A DNA stretch of 64,000 bases from Thalassobaculaceae bacterium (GCA_965228875.1 OZ245843.1:602616-666615); one strand, 5' to 3'; counted from the stretch's first letter, positions 12,115-22,156 are shown. A program made the numbers and translations. Notes: generated by a model from the letters alone, not told the origin.

Positions 12115-13668
12115 ATGACCAGACTTCTGCACGGCGGCTTCGACCGCCGCCGGTTCATGCAGACCACGGCCGCCGCAGGGCTGGCGGCCAGTCTGCCGCT
12201 CGGTTCGGCCCAGGCCGCGCCGAAGCGGGGCGGGACCATCAAGGTGGGCATGGCCCATGGCCAGTCTGCCGACACGCTCGACCCCGGGACGTCGGAAAAC
12301 GGCTTCACGCTGTCCCTGCTGTTCGGAATCCACGGCTACCTGACCGAGGTCGGGCCCGACGGCAGCCTGCAACCCGGCGTCGCCGAGAGCTGGGACGCGT
12401 CGGACGACGCTTCGGTGTGGCGTTTCAAGCTGCGCAAGGGGGTGACGTTCCACGATGGTCGGGAACTGACCGCCGAGGATGTGGTCATCGCGATCAACCA
12501 TCACCGCGGCGCGGACTCGACGTCGGCGGCCGGTCCGATCGTCAAGGCGATCACGGACATCAGGACCGAGGGCGGGTCCACCGTCACCTTCGTGCTCGAT
12601 GGGGGCAACGCCGACTTCCCGTTCGTGCTGAGCGACTATCACCTGGCCATCGGTCCGTCCAAGGACGGCAAGCTGGACTGGCGCTCCGGCATCGGCTGCG
12701 GCGCCTACAAGCTGAAGCGGTTCGAGCCGGGCGTGGTCGCGGAGTTCGAGCGGTATGAAGGTTTCTGGGACAGCGGACGGGCGTTCTTTGATGCCGCCGA
12801 GACCCTGAGCCTCGTGGACCTGAACGCCCGCACCACCGCCCTGGTCTCGGGCAAGGTGCACGCCATCGATCGGCTGGACCTCAAGACCACGGGCCTGCTG
12901 GGCCGCAAGCCCGGCGTCAATATCCACTCCGTGCCGGGTACCCAGCACTACACCTTCGCCATGGATTGCCGCGCGGCGCCGTTCAACGACGTCAACGTCC
13001 GCCGGGCGCTGAAATATGCGATCGACCGCGAGGAGATGGTCGAGAAGATCCTGTTCGGTTACGGCTCGGTCGGCAACGACGTGCCGATCGGCCGGGGTCA
13101 GCGGTTCTTCAACCACGACATGCCGCAGACCTCCTACGACCCCGACAAGGCCAAGTTCTACCTGAAGCAGGCCGGCCTCGACTCGCTCGCAGTCAATCTG
13201 TCGGCGTCCGATGCGGCGTTCGGCGGCGCCGTCGACGCGACGGTCCTGTACCAGAACTCGGCGAAGGCGGCGGGCATCGATATCACGCCGGTGCGCGAGC
13301 CGAACGACGGCTACTGGTCCGATGTCTGGATGAAGAAGCCGTTCTGCGCCGTGTACTGGGGCGGCCGGCCGATCGAGGACATGATGTTCTCGACCGCGTA
13401 CCAGAGCGGGGTCGCCTGGAACGACAGCTACTGGTCGAACGCGCGGTTCGACGAGCTGCTGCTCAAGGCGCGGGCCGAATTGGACGAGGCCAAGCGGCGG
13501 GAGATGTACTACGAGATGCAGCTGATCCTGAACCAGGACGGCGGCGTGGTGATCCCGATGTTCGCCTCCTACGTCTTCGCCACCACCGACGCCATCGGCC
13601 ACAACCAGTTCGGCTCGAACTGGGATCTGGACGGTGCCCGCTGGATGGAGCGCTGGTGGTTCGCCTGA
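12115..13668 (+). CDS. ABC transporter substrate-binding protein, family 5 (OppA/DppA-like), Tat-exported
   Basis: FDRRRFMQTTAAAG twin-arginine signal; LRKGVTFHDGRELTAEDV family-5 signature; no permease genes adjacent. Confidence 0.9.
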   Translation: MTRLLHGGFDRRRFMQTTAAAGLAASLPLGSAQAAPKRGGTIKVGMAHGQSADTLDPGTSENGFTLSLLFGIHGYLTEVGPDGSLQPGVAESWDASDDASVWRFKLRKGVTFHDGRELTAEDVVIAINHHRGADSTSAAGPIVKAITDIRTEGGSTVTFVLDGGNADFPFVLSDYHLAIGPSKDGKLDWRSGIGCGAYKLKRFEPGVVAEFERYEGFWDSGRAFFDAAETLSLVDLNARTTALVSGKVHAIDRLDLKTTGLLGRKPGVNIHSVPGTQHYTFAMDCRAAPFNDVNVRRALKYAIDREEMVEKILFGYGSVGNDVPIGRGQRFFNHDMPQTSYDPDKAKFYLKQAGLDSLAVNLSASDAAFGGAVDATVLYQNSAKAAGIDITPVREPNDGYWSDVWMKKPFCAVYWGGRPIEDMMFSTAYQSGVAWNDSYWSNARFDELLLKARAELDEAKRREMYYEMQLILNQDGGVVIPMFASYVFATTDAIGHNQFGSNWDLDGARWMERWWFA

Positions 13669-13698
13669 TCCGGCGACTCACAGTCTGACGACGACGCG

Positions 13699-13731
13699 GC
13701 GGCGGGCCTTCGGGCCCGCCGCTTCCCGTTT
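13699..13731 (+). terminator. Stem-loop after the binding-protein gene (terminator or mRNA stabiliser)
   Basis: GCGGCGGGCC-TTCG-GGCCCGCCGC perfect 10-bp stem with a UUCG tetraloop, followed by a weak U tract TTCCCGTTT. Confidence 0.7.
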
Positions 13732-13959
13732 GGCGACGCTTGTTCGCTGGGGCCTGCAGGCGTAGGGTCGTCGGGCGGAACGGCCGGAGGGCGGTACAGC
13801 GATGCGTCCAGCGGCGCCGGAAACATCGAGAATGGCGTTCGGCCGGTCTCCTGCCGCGCCCTATGGCAAATGCGAATGGTGGTGGCCGTCCGGACGGACG
13901 GTGTGACGCGTCCCGGCCACGGCCGGTCGATAGTCCCCCATTCGCAGGAGCCCCGTCCC

Positions 13960-15084
13960 ATGATCTCCGCCGAACTGAACGCCGCCGCGCGCTGCGTGCG
14001 CGTGCGCTGGCCCGATGGCGAAACCGCCGACTTCCCCTTTCTCTGGCTGCGCGACAACTGTCCGAGCGACCTGCACCCACAGACCCGCGAACGGCAGTTC
14101 GACCTGCTGAGCGTGACCGAGGACATCCACCCCGTCGTCCTTGGCGAGGACGACGGCGGTATCCGCGTGACCTGGTCCGAGGCGGGACATGTCAGCCGGT
14201 ACGACGGCGACTGGTTGCGATGCCATCGCCCGGGCCGGCGGGCGCCGGATCCGGCGGCGATCGCTCCGGCGCCGTGGCGCGCCGATCTCGACCGCGACGC
14301 CATTCCGCGCGCCTCCGCCGACGCACTCCTGAAGGATGACCGTGCCCTGCTGGAATGGCTGATCGCGGGCAAGCGGCTGGGCATCGCGCTGGTCGACGGA
14401 CTGGACGACGGACTCGACGACCGCGCCGAGGCGGGAATGGAGGTCGCGCGGCGTATCGGATTCCTGCGCGAGACCAACTTCGGCACCACGTTCGAGGTGG
14501 TCTCCAAACCCGACCCGAACAACCTCGCCTACACCGCCGAGGCGTTGCCGCTGCACACCGACTTGACCAACCAGGAACTGCCGCCCGGGTTCCAGTTCCT
14601 GCATTGCATCGTCAACGGGGCGACGGGCGGCGGGTCGATGTTCTGCGACGGGTTCGCCGTGGCGGAGGAACTGCGCGCGTGCGACCCCGAGGCTTTCGCC
14701 CTGCTGAGCGACGTCGAGATCCCCATGCGCTTCCACGACGGCGCGGTCGACATTCGCCGCCACGACACGGTCATCGAGACGAACCGCGCCGGTGATCTGG
14801 TCCAGCTCAGGTTCAACGCCCATCTAGCGGGAATCTTCGACATGCCCGTCGGACAGATGGCCGACTACTACCGGGCCTATCGCCGGCTCATGGCCCTGAC
14901 CCGGCATCCGGATTACGCGGTCGCCCTGCGGCTGGCGGCGGGCGAGATGGTGGTGTTCGACAACCGCCGGGTCTTGCACGGCCGCCAGGCGTTCGACCCG
15001 TCGACCGGACGCCGCCACCTGCGCGGCGCCTACGTCGACCGTGGCGAATGGGACAGCCGGATCCGCGTGCTGTCGCGGGCGTGA
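13960..15084 (+). CDS. Gamma-butyrobetaine/trimethyllysine dioxygenase-family Fe(II)/2OG enzyme (paralog 2)
   Basis: LWLRDNCP...HPQTRER N-domain; RETNFG, LAYT, LPLHTD, FQFLHC, FDNRRVLHGR; CAGGAG RBS before ATG 13960. Confidence 0.88.
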   Translation: MISAELNAAARCVRVRWPDGETADFPFLWLRDNCPSDLHPQTRERQFDLLSVTEDIHPVVLGEDDGGIRVTWSEAGHVSRYDGDWLRCHRPGRRAPDPAAIAPAPWRADLDRDAIPRASADALLKDDRALLEWLIAGKRLGIALVDGLDDGLDDRAEAGMEVARRIGFLRETNFGTTFEVVSKPDPNNLAYTAEALPLHTDLTNQELPPGFQFLHCIVNGATGGGSMFCDGFAVAEELRACDPEAFALLSDVEIPMRFHDGAVDIRRHDTVIETNRAGDLVQLRFNAHLAGIFDMPVGQMADYYRAYRRLMALTRHPDYAVALRLAAGEMVVFDNRRVLHGRQAFDPSTGRRHLRGAYVDRGEWDSRIRVLSRA

Positions 15085-15195
15085 TCGTGCCGGCGGGCGT
15101 TGAGATGGGGTGATGAGACCGACGCGCCGTATTGGCGCCGGGGACGCTTCGCGGTATCCGTGAGGCGCCCCCCATCCGGAGTCCAGGAGCCGCCA

Positions 15196-16257
15196 ATGTC
15201 CGCCGTCGCCTTTCGCGAGGTTTCCGCCGCCAACCGCCCGCTCGACCTGCGCAGCGACACCGTCACCCAGCCGACGCCGGCCATGCGCGAGGCGATGGTC
15301 CGGGCCGATGTCGGCGACGACGTGTTCGGCGAGGATCCGTCTGTTCTGGCGCTGGAGGCCAAGGTCGCCGGAATCATGGGCAAGGAGGCGGCGCTGTTCG
15401 TCTCTTCGGGGACCCAGAGCAACCTGCTCGGTGTCCTGGCCCACTGTCAGCGCGGCGAGGAGTTCCTGATCGGCGACTGCTACCACGTGTTCCAGTACGA
15501 GGCGATGGGAACGGCGGTGCTCGGAAGCGTCGCCGCCTATCCGCTGCGCACCGACGCCCGCGGCGGGCTGGAGCCGGACCAGGTGATCGCCGCGATCAAG
15601 CCCGACGACGTGCACAAGCCGATGACCCGGCTGCTTTCGCTGGAGAACACGGTCGCCGGCCGGGTGCAGCCGCAGGAGCGGATCGACGCCCTTGCCGACG
15701 CCGCCCGCGCCCACGGTCTCAAGGTGCACATCGACGGCGCCCGCCTGATGAATGCCGCGGTCAAACAGGGTCTGAAGCCGGTCGATATGGTCGCGAAGAT
15801 CGATACGGTCTCGCTCTGCCTGTCCAAGGGACTCGGCGCCCCGGTCGGCTCCGTGTTGAGCGGCCCGGCGGATTACATCGCGCGGGCCCGGCGGCTGCGC
15901 AAGATGCTGGGCGGCGGCATGCGCCAGGCCGGGATCCTCGCGGCGGCCGGCCTGCACGCGCTGGAGCACCATGTCGAACGGATGGCCGAGGATCACGCCA
16001 ACGCCCGGCGCCTCGCGGAAGGGCTGGCGGCGATCGGCCGTATCGGCGTGGATGTCGACGATATCGACACCAACATGCTGTTCGTCGAACCGGCGGCCGA
16101 GGATGTCGAGCCGCTTCACGCGCACCTCAAGGAGTCGGGCATCGTGCTCGGCGCCCCGCGGCCGTCGAAGATCAGGGTGGTGACCCATCTCGACATCACC
16201 GCCGATGACGTCGACCGGATCGTCGAGACGGTGAAACGCTTCTACGCCGGACGATAG
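15196..16257 (+). CDS. ltaE: Low-specificity L-threonine aldolase family (PLP-dependent)
   Basis: DLRSDTVTQPT, VGDDVFGEDP, SGTQSN, LENT, HIDGAR, CLSKGLGAPVGS (PLP lysine), GGGMRQAG. Confidence 0.93.
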   Translation: MSAVAFREVSAANRPLDLRSDTVTQPTPAMREAMVRADVGDDVFGEDPSVLALEAKVAGIMGKEAALFVSSGTQSNLLGVLAHCQRGEEFLIGDCYHVFQYEAMGTAVLGSVAAYPLRTDARGGLEPDQVIAAIKPDDVHKPMTRLLSLENTVAGRVQPQERIDALADAARAHGLKVHIDGARLMNAAVKQGLKPVDMVAKIDTVSLCLSKGLGAPVGSVLSGPADYIARARRLRKMLGGGMRQAGILAAAGLHALEHHVERMAEDHANARRLAEGLAAIGRIGVDVDDIDTNMLFVEPAAEDVEPLHAHLKESGIVLGAPRPSKIRVVTHLDITADDVDRIVETVKRFYAGR

Positions 16258-16398
16258 GGCGGAGGAACGGGTCGCCATCGGCGTCGCCCGGGGACGCTAT
16301 TTCGACGATTGTGGGAAAACAGTTCTGGCCTATCCGGCGTCCATGCCCCATATCGGGTGCACGGTCGGAAGATCGGCCATTCGAACGCTGGAGTCCCC

Positions 16399-18255
16399 AT
16401 GTCGTCCACCCCGGACAGTCGCCCCGCCGCCTCGGGTGACTGGAACACCATCGGCACGCTGCTGCCCTATCTCTGGCCGGCCGGTCAGATCGGCATCCGT
16501 GCCCGTGTGGTCGCCGCCCTTCTGTGTCTCGTGGCGGCCAAGGTCGCGACCGTCTACGTGCCGATCCTCTACAAGCAGGCGGTGGACCTGGTCTCGGACG
16601 GGACCGACTTCGCCATCGCCGCCCTGATCGCCATCGTCGTCGGCTACGGGGTGGTCCGCGTCGCCCAGCAGGCGTTCGGCGAATTGCGCGAGTTCTTCTT
16701 CGCCCGCGTGGCCCAGCGGGCGATCCGCACGGTCGCGATGAAGACGTTCCAGCACCTGCACGCGCTCTCTCTGCGGTTTCATCTCGACCGTCAGACCGGC
16801 GGGCTGTCGCGGGCGATCGAGCGGGGGGTGAAGGGGATCGAGTTCCTGCTGAACTTCATGCTGTTCAGCATCCTGCCGACGCTGATCGAGATCGCGCTGG
16901 TGTGCGGCATCCTCTGGTATCTGTTCGACTTCCGCTATGCCCTGGTGACGTTCGTGACGATCGCCGGCTACATCGCGTTCACGATGGTCGTCACCGAGTG
17001 GCGCCTGAAGTTCCGCCGCCGGATGAACGAGCAGGACCAGACCGCCAATACCCGTGCGATCGACAGTCTGCTGAACTTCGAGACGGTGAAGTATTTCGGC
17101 AACGAGGTCCACGAGGCGGAACGGTACGACGGCTCGCTGCGGCGGTACGAGGATGCGGCGGTCGCTTCGCGCACGTCGCTGTCGCTGCTCAACATCGGTC
17201 AGGGTTTCATCATCGCCGGTGGCCTGATCGCCCTGATGGCGATGGCCGGCTACGGCGTCAAGGTCGGGGCGATGACCGTCGGCGACTTCGTGCTGGTGAA
17301 CACCTACCTGATCCAGCTGTTCCTGCCGCTGAACTTCCTCGGCTTCGTCTATCGCGAGATGAAGCAGTCGCTGGCCGACATGGAGGCGATGTTCCGGCTT
17401 CTCAACGTGGAGCGCGAGATCGCGGACAGACCCGGCGCACCGGCGCTGTCGGAGGGCACGGGGCGGATTGTGTTCGACGATGTACATTTCGCCTACCGCG
17501 AAGACAGGCCGATCCTGGACGGCATCACCTTCACGGTGGAACCGGGCCAGACGGTCGCCATCGTCGGACCGAGCGGGGCCGGCAAGTCGACGATCTCGCG
17601 CCTGCTCTTCCGCTTCTACGACGTGACCGCCGGTGCGGTGCGCATCGACGGTGCGGACATACGCGACGTCACCCAGTATAGCGTGCGCGCCGCGCTGGGG
17701 ATCGTCCCGCAGGACACGGTGCTGTTCAACGACACGATCTACTACAACATCGCCTACGGCCGGCCGAGTGCGACGCCGTCGGAGGTGGAGGCCGCCGCCC
17801 GCCATGCCAGCATCCACGACTTCGTCATGGGCCTGCCCGACGGCTACCAGACCTCGGTGGGCGAGCGCGGGCTGAAACTGTCCGGCGGTGAAAAACAGCG
17901 GGTCGCCATCGCCCGGACAATTCTCAAGAATCCACGGATTTATCTGTTTGACGAAGCCACGTCGGCGCTGGACAGCCACACCGAGCGCGCCATCCAGCAG
18001 AGCCTCCGCGAGGTGTCCCGCGACCGGACCACCCTTGTCATCGCCCACCGGCTGTCGACCATCGTCGACGCGGACCAGATCCTGGTGCTGGAGGCTGGCC
18101 GGATCGTCGAACGGGGCCGGCACGACGACCTACTGCTGCGCGACGGCAAGTACGCCGCGATGTGGCGGCGGCAGTTGGAAACGCGGGAAGGGGCGGGCCA
18201 GGACGACGACGCGCCGGCGCCGGACGCGGTGGACGGGGTCGTGGCGGCAGGCTGA
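16399..18255 (+). CDS. ABCB/Atm1-type ABC exporter (fused permease and ATPase)
   Basis: LSLRFHLDRQTGGLSRAIERG, DSLLNFETVKYF, PLNFLGFVYRE, GPSGAGKS, LSGGEKQR, DEATSALD. Confidence 0.92.
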   Translation: MSSTPDSRPAASGDWNTIGTLLPYLWPAGQIGIRARVVAALLCLVAAKVATVYVPILYKQAVDLVSDGTDFAIAALIAIVVGYGVVRVAQQAFGELREFFFARVAQRAIRTVAMKTFQHLHALSLRFHLDRQTGGLSRAIERGVKGIEFLLNFMLFSILPTLIEIALVCGILWYLFDFRYALVTFVTIAGYIAFTMVVTEWRLKFRRRMNEQDQTANTRAIDSLLNFETVKYFGNEVHEAERYDGSLRRYEDAAVASRTSLSLLNIGQGFIIAGGLIALMAMAGYGVKVGAMTVGDFVLVNTYLIQLFLPLNFLGFVYREMKQSLADMEAMFRLLNVEREIADRPGAPALSEGTGRIVFDDVHFAYREDRPILDGITFTVEPGQTVAIVGPSGAGKSTISRLLFRFYDVTAGAVRIDGADIRDVTQYSVRAALGIVPQDTVLFNDTIYYNIAYGRPSATPSEVEAAARHASIHDFVMGLPDGYQTSVGERGLKLSGGEKQRVAIARTILKNPRIYLFDEATSALDSHTERAIQQSLREVSRDRTTLVIAHRLSTIVDADQILVLEAGRIVERGRHDDLLLRDGKYAAMWRRQLETREGAGQDDDAPAPDAVDGVVAAG

Positions 18256-18360
18256 TTCCGATCGGCGCCACCTCGAACCGGCTTCACATTTCCGCAATCC
18301 TCCATACACTTTCTCTCAACAAGTGGGAAAAATCCTGCGGTCTTCGGGAGGAGAGTGGAG

Positions 18361-19692
18361 ATGCGGTACGCGAGTCTGGCCGTGGTCGGCGCGGCGGTCC
18401 TGGTGGCGACGCACGGCGATGAGGCGGCGGCTTCCGGCTTTCAGCTTAAGGAACAGAGCACCAGCAAACTCGGCAACGCCTTCGCCGGCGCCGGTGCGTC
18501 CGGCGACGATGCCTCGATCATGTTCTTCAATCCGGCCGGCATCTCTCTCTTCAAGACGCCGCAGGCGCAGGCCGGGGTTTCGGCGATCCGGCCGCGCTCG
18601 GAATTGGATGTGACCGCCGCGACCGACGGCACCGGCAGCGCCATGACCGGCGGCGACGGTGGCGATGCCGGAAGCCTGGCGGCCGTCCCGAGCGCCTACC
18701 TGGTCGCACCGCTGAGCGAGGACGTGAATGTCGGCATCGCCCTGAACGTGCCGTTCGGTCTGGTGACCTCGTATGACGACGACTGGGCCGGCCGCTATCA
18801 TGCCATCACCTCGGACCTGGAGACGGTGTCGGTGACCGGCGTCGCCTCGCTCAGGATCAACGACAAGCTCAGCATCGGCGGCGGTCCGTCGATCACCTAC
18901 GCCAAGGCGCGTCTGACAAACGCCATCGACTTCGGCACGATCTGCGTCGGTTCGCTCGGGGTCGGCACCTGTTCGGCCCTCGGCGCGCTGCCGCAGCAGG
19001 CCGATGGAAAGGTCGACCTGCAGGGCGACGACTGGGCCTTGGGGGCGACGGCCGGCCTGCTCTACGAACCGGTCAAGGGCACCCGGTTCGGCCTGTCCTG
19101 GCGCAGCCAGACCAAGCTCAGTGTCCAGGGCGACGCGGATTTCGACGTACCGTCCAACGCCAGCGCCCTGACCTCCGCCGGCACCTTCACCGACAGTGAC
19201 GTGACCAGTTCCGTCACCCTGCCGGAGACCATCGGCCTCAGCGTCCACCATGACATCAACGACGAGTTCGCCATCATGGGCGACGTGGTGTGGACGGCGT
19301 GGAGCCGGTTCGAGGAACTGCGTTTCGTGTTCGACAACCCGGCACAGCCGGACAGCGTCACGCCGGAGAACTGGAACGACACGTTCTTTTTCTCCCTCGG
19401 CGCGACCTGGAAGCCGGACGAGCACTGGACCCTGCGGACCGGCGTCGCCTACGACCAGAGCCCGGTTGACGACAACTACCGCACGCCCCGCATCCCCGAT
19501 GAGGACCGCACCTGGATCGCGCTTGGCGCCGACTATACCGTGGACGAGCGCTGGAGCGTTTCGGCCGGTTACACGCATATCTTCGTCGACGACGCCTCGC
19601 TCGATCAGTCGAGTTCGACCGCCGGTGTCCTGCGCGGCAACTACGACAGTTCCATCGACATTCTCACCCTGGGGGCCACTTTCCGGTTCTGA
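18361..19692 (+). CDS. FadL/OmpP1-family outer-membrane transporter
   Basis: Signal peptide, ASGFQLKEQS...GNAFAG...NPAG hatch motif, RTPRIPDEDR, C-terminal Phe. Confidence 0.9.
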   Translation: MRYASLAVVGAAVLVATHGDEAAASGFQLKEQSTSKLGNAFAGAGASGDDASIMFFNPAGISLFKTPQAQAGVSAIRPRSELDVTAATDGTGSAMTGGDGGDAGSLAAVPSAYLVAPLSEDVNVGIALNVPFGLVTSYDDDWAGRYHAITSDLETVSVTGVASLRINDKLSIGGGPSITYAKARLTNAIDFGTICVGSLGVGTCSALGALPQQADGKVDLQGDDWALGATAGLLYEPVKGTRFGLSWRSQTKLSVQGDADFDVPSNASALTSAGTFTDSDVTSSVTLPETIGLSVHHDINDEFAIMGDVVWTAWSRFEELRFVFDNPAQPDSVTPENWNDTFFFSLGATWKPDEHWTLRTGVAYDQSPVDDNYRTPRIPDEDRTWIALGADYTVDERWSVSAGYTHIFVDDASLDQSSSTAGVLRGNYDSSIDILTLGATFRF

Positions 19693-19765
19693 GGCATGTT
19701 CGCCGGGTCACCCGGTCGGGCTCCTATGGTAGTACCGGGGTCTGAACCGTCGGAAAGGTGTCGGA

Positions 19766-22156
19766 ATGGCGAAACGTGCGGCCAACAAGGTGCCCGGGCT
19801 CGGGGCGATTGATCCTCAGAAGCTCGAGATCCTCAGCGCGCTTGAGCGCAAGGTGCTGTGGCTGGCGATGTGGACGATCCACAACGCCAACCACATCCGC
19901 GAGAGCCGCGACGGGCTGAAGGTCGGGGGCCACCAGGCTTCCTGCGCCTCGCTCAACACCATCATGACGGCGCTCTACTTCGACGTGCTGAAGGCGCAGG
20001 ACCGGGTCGCCGTGAAGCCGCATGCCAGCCCGGTCTTCCACGCCATCCAGTACATGATGGGCCGCCAGTCGCTGGACGCGCTTAAGCGTTTCCGTGCCTA
20101 CGGCGGCGCCCAGTCCTATCCCTCGCGGACCAAGGATGCCGACGAGGTCGACTTCTCCACCGGCTCGGTCGGGCTTGGCGTGGCGATGACCCTGTTCTCC
20201 TCGATGGTGCAGGACTACGTGCGCATGCAGCACCTGGTCCAGGATCCGGACCGCATGGGCGAGAGCCCGGGTCGGATGGTCGCCCTGGTCGGCGATGCCG
20301 AGCTGGACGAGGGCAATGTCTACGAGGCCATGCTGGAGGGCTGGAAGTACGACGTCCGGAATCTCTGGTGGGTGATCGACTACAACCGCCAGAGCCTCGA
20401 CGGCGTCGTCTCCGACGGTCTGTTCCAGAAGATCCGGCAGTTCTTCGGCACGGTCGACTGGGAAGTCGTCATGCTGAAATACGGCAAGCGCCTGGAGAAG
20501 GTGTTCCCGCTGGCCGGCGGCGACAGCCTGCGCAACTGGATCGACGAATGCCCGAACGACCTCTATTCGGCGCTGACCTTCAAGGGCGGCGCCGGAGAGC
20601 CGGGCGTGTGGCGCGAGCACCTGAAGAAGGACCTGCGCGGCGTCACCGGCATAAAGGCGATCCTCGACGACCACGACGACGTCGCGCTGCACAAGCTGAT
20701 GACCAACCTTGCCGGCCAGGACATGGAGGCGGTGCTGGAGGCGTTCCACGGCGTCGCTGACGACCGGCCGCGCTGCTTCATCGCCTACACGGTCAAGGGC
20801 CACAACACGCCGCTGGCCGGCCATAAGGACAATCACGCCGGCCTCATGACGCCGGAGCAGATGGCCCGCTTCAAGGCCGAGCACGGCATCGAGGACGGCG
20901 AGGAATGGGAGCCGTTCGCCAAAGCCGGCATGGAGGAGGAGACCCTGCGCGAGTTCGTGCAGGTGGTCGACTTCAACGCGCCGGGTTCGCGTGTCCACAA
21001 GGCCGACAGGGTCGAGCTGCCGACCTTCCTGCCGTATCGCGGTCAGAAAACGACCTCGACCCAGATGGCCTTCGGATCGGTCATGCACGAGCTGTCGCGC
21101 GGCAACTCGCAACTCGCCTCGCGTATCGTGACGACGTCGCCGGACGTGACGGTCTCGACCAACCTCGGCGCCTGGGTGAACCAGCGCGGCATCTTTTCCC
21201 TGGACGTGCGCAACGACGTGTTCCGCCAGGAACAGGTGGCCTCGGCGCAGAAATGGATGCGCCACGGCGGCGGCCAGCACATGGAGCTCGGCATCGCCGA
21301 GAACAACCTGTTCATCCTGCTGGCGGCGATGGGCCTGTCCGGTCCGTTGTTCGGCACCCGGCTGCTGCCGGTCGGCACCCTGTACGACCCGTTCATCGCC
21401 CGCGGCCTCGACGCCCTGAACTACGCCGCGTACCAGGACGCAAGGTTCATGGTGGTGGCGACCCCGTCCGGCGTGACCCTGGCGCCGGAGGGCGGGGCGC
21501 ACCAGTCGATCTCGACCCCGCTGATCGGCATGGGCCAGCCGGGGCTGACCATGTTCGAACCGGCCTATGCCGACGAACTGGCGCTGATCATGCGCTGGGG
21601 CTTCGAGCACATGCAGGCCGATGACGGCGGGTCGGTGTACCTGCGCCTCTCGACCCGACAGATCGAGCAGCCGGTGCGCCCGTTCGAGGAGCGCATGGCC
21701 GCCGACATCCTTGCCGGCGCCTACTGGCAGGTGGAGCCGGGGCCGGAAGCGGAGCTGGCCCTGGTCTACAGCGGCGCCGTCGCGCCCGAGGTGATGGCCG
21801 CCTACGAGGAGATGGCCGACGACGTGCCGGGGCTTGGCGTGCTGGCGGTGCCGTCGGTCGACCGGCTGTACCACGGCTGGCAGAAGAGCCTGCGGGGGCG
21901 GAACGGGTCGGGACCGGGGTCGAGCCATGTGGAGACGCTGCTGTCCCGCCTGGCGCCGGGCGCGGCCCTGGTGACGGCTCAGGACGGCCATCCGGCGACG
22001 CTCAGTTGGATCGGCTCGGCGACCGGGCGGCGGGTCTACCCGCTCGGCATCACCGGCTTCGGCCAGTCCGGCGACATTCCGGACGTCTACGCCCATTACG
22101 GCATCGACACCGCCGCGATCGTCGACATGGCGGCGGCGGCGTGCCTCGGGCGGTAG
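19766..22156 (+). CDS. AceE-like single-chain ThDP-dependent 2-oxoacid dehydrogenase E1 / transketolase-family protein
   Basis: KVGGHQAS, KPHASP, QSYPSR, STGSVGLG, GDAELDEG...N, LGIAE, EGGAHQS, FGQSG. Confidence 0.85.
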   Translation: MAKRAANKVPGLGAIDPQKLEILSALERKVLWLAMWTIHNANHIRESRDGLKVGGHQASCASLNTIMTALYFDVLKAQDRVAVKPHASPVFHAIQYMMGRQSLDALKRFRAYGGAQSYPSRTKDADEVDFSTGSVGLGVAMTLFSSMVQDYVRMQHLVQDPDRMGESPGRMVALVGDAELDEGNVYEAMLEGWKYDVRNLWWVIDYNRQSLDGVVSDGLFQKIRQFFGTVDWEVVMLKYGKRLEKVFPLAGGDSLRNWIDECPNDLYSALTFKGGAGEPGVWREHLKKDLRGVTGIKAILDDHDDVALHKLMTNLAGQDMEAVLEAFHGVADDRPRCFIAYTVKGHNTPLAGHKDNHAGLMTPEQMARFKAEHGIEDGEEWEPFAKAGMEEETLREFVQVVDFNAPGSRVHKADRVELPTFLPYRGQKTTSTQMAFGSVMHELSRGNSQLASRIVTTSPDVTVSTNLGAWVNQRGIFSLDVRNDVFRQEQVASAQKWMRHGGGQHMELGIAENNLFILLAAMGLSGPLFGTRLLPVGTLYDPFIARGLDALNYAAYQDARFMVVATPSGVTLAPEGGAHQSISTPLIGMGQPGLTMFEPAYADELALIMRWGFEHMQADDGGSVYLRLSTRQIEQPVRPFEERMAADILAGAYWQVEPGPEAELALVYSGAVAPEVMAAYEEMADDVPGLGVLAVPSVDRLYHGWQKSLRGRNGSGPGSSHVETLLSRLAPGAALVTAQDGHPATLSWIGSATGRRVYPLGITGFGQSGDIPDVYAHYGIDTAAIVDMAAAACLGR

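Noticed and set aside
14395..14418. 12-bp in-frame duplication (DGLD-DGLD) in dioxygenase paralog 2
   Set aside because: Frame-preserving and outside the catalytic motifs; probably neutral
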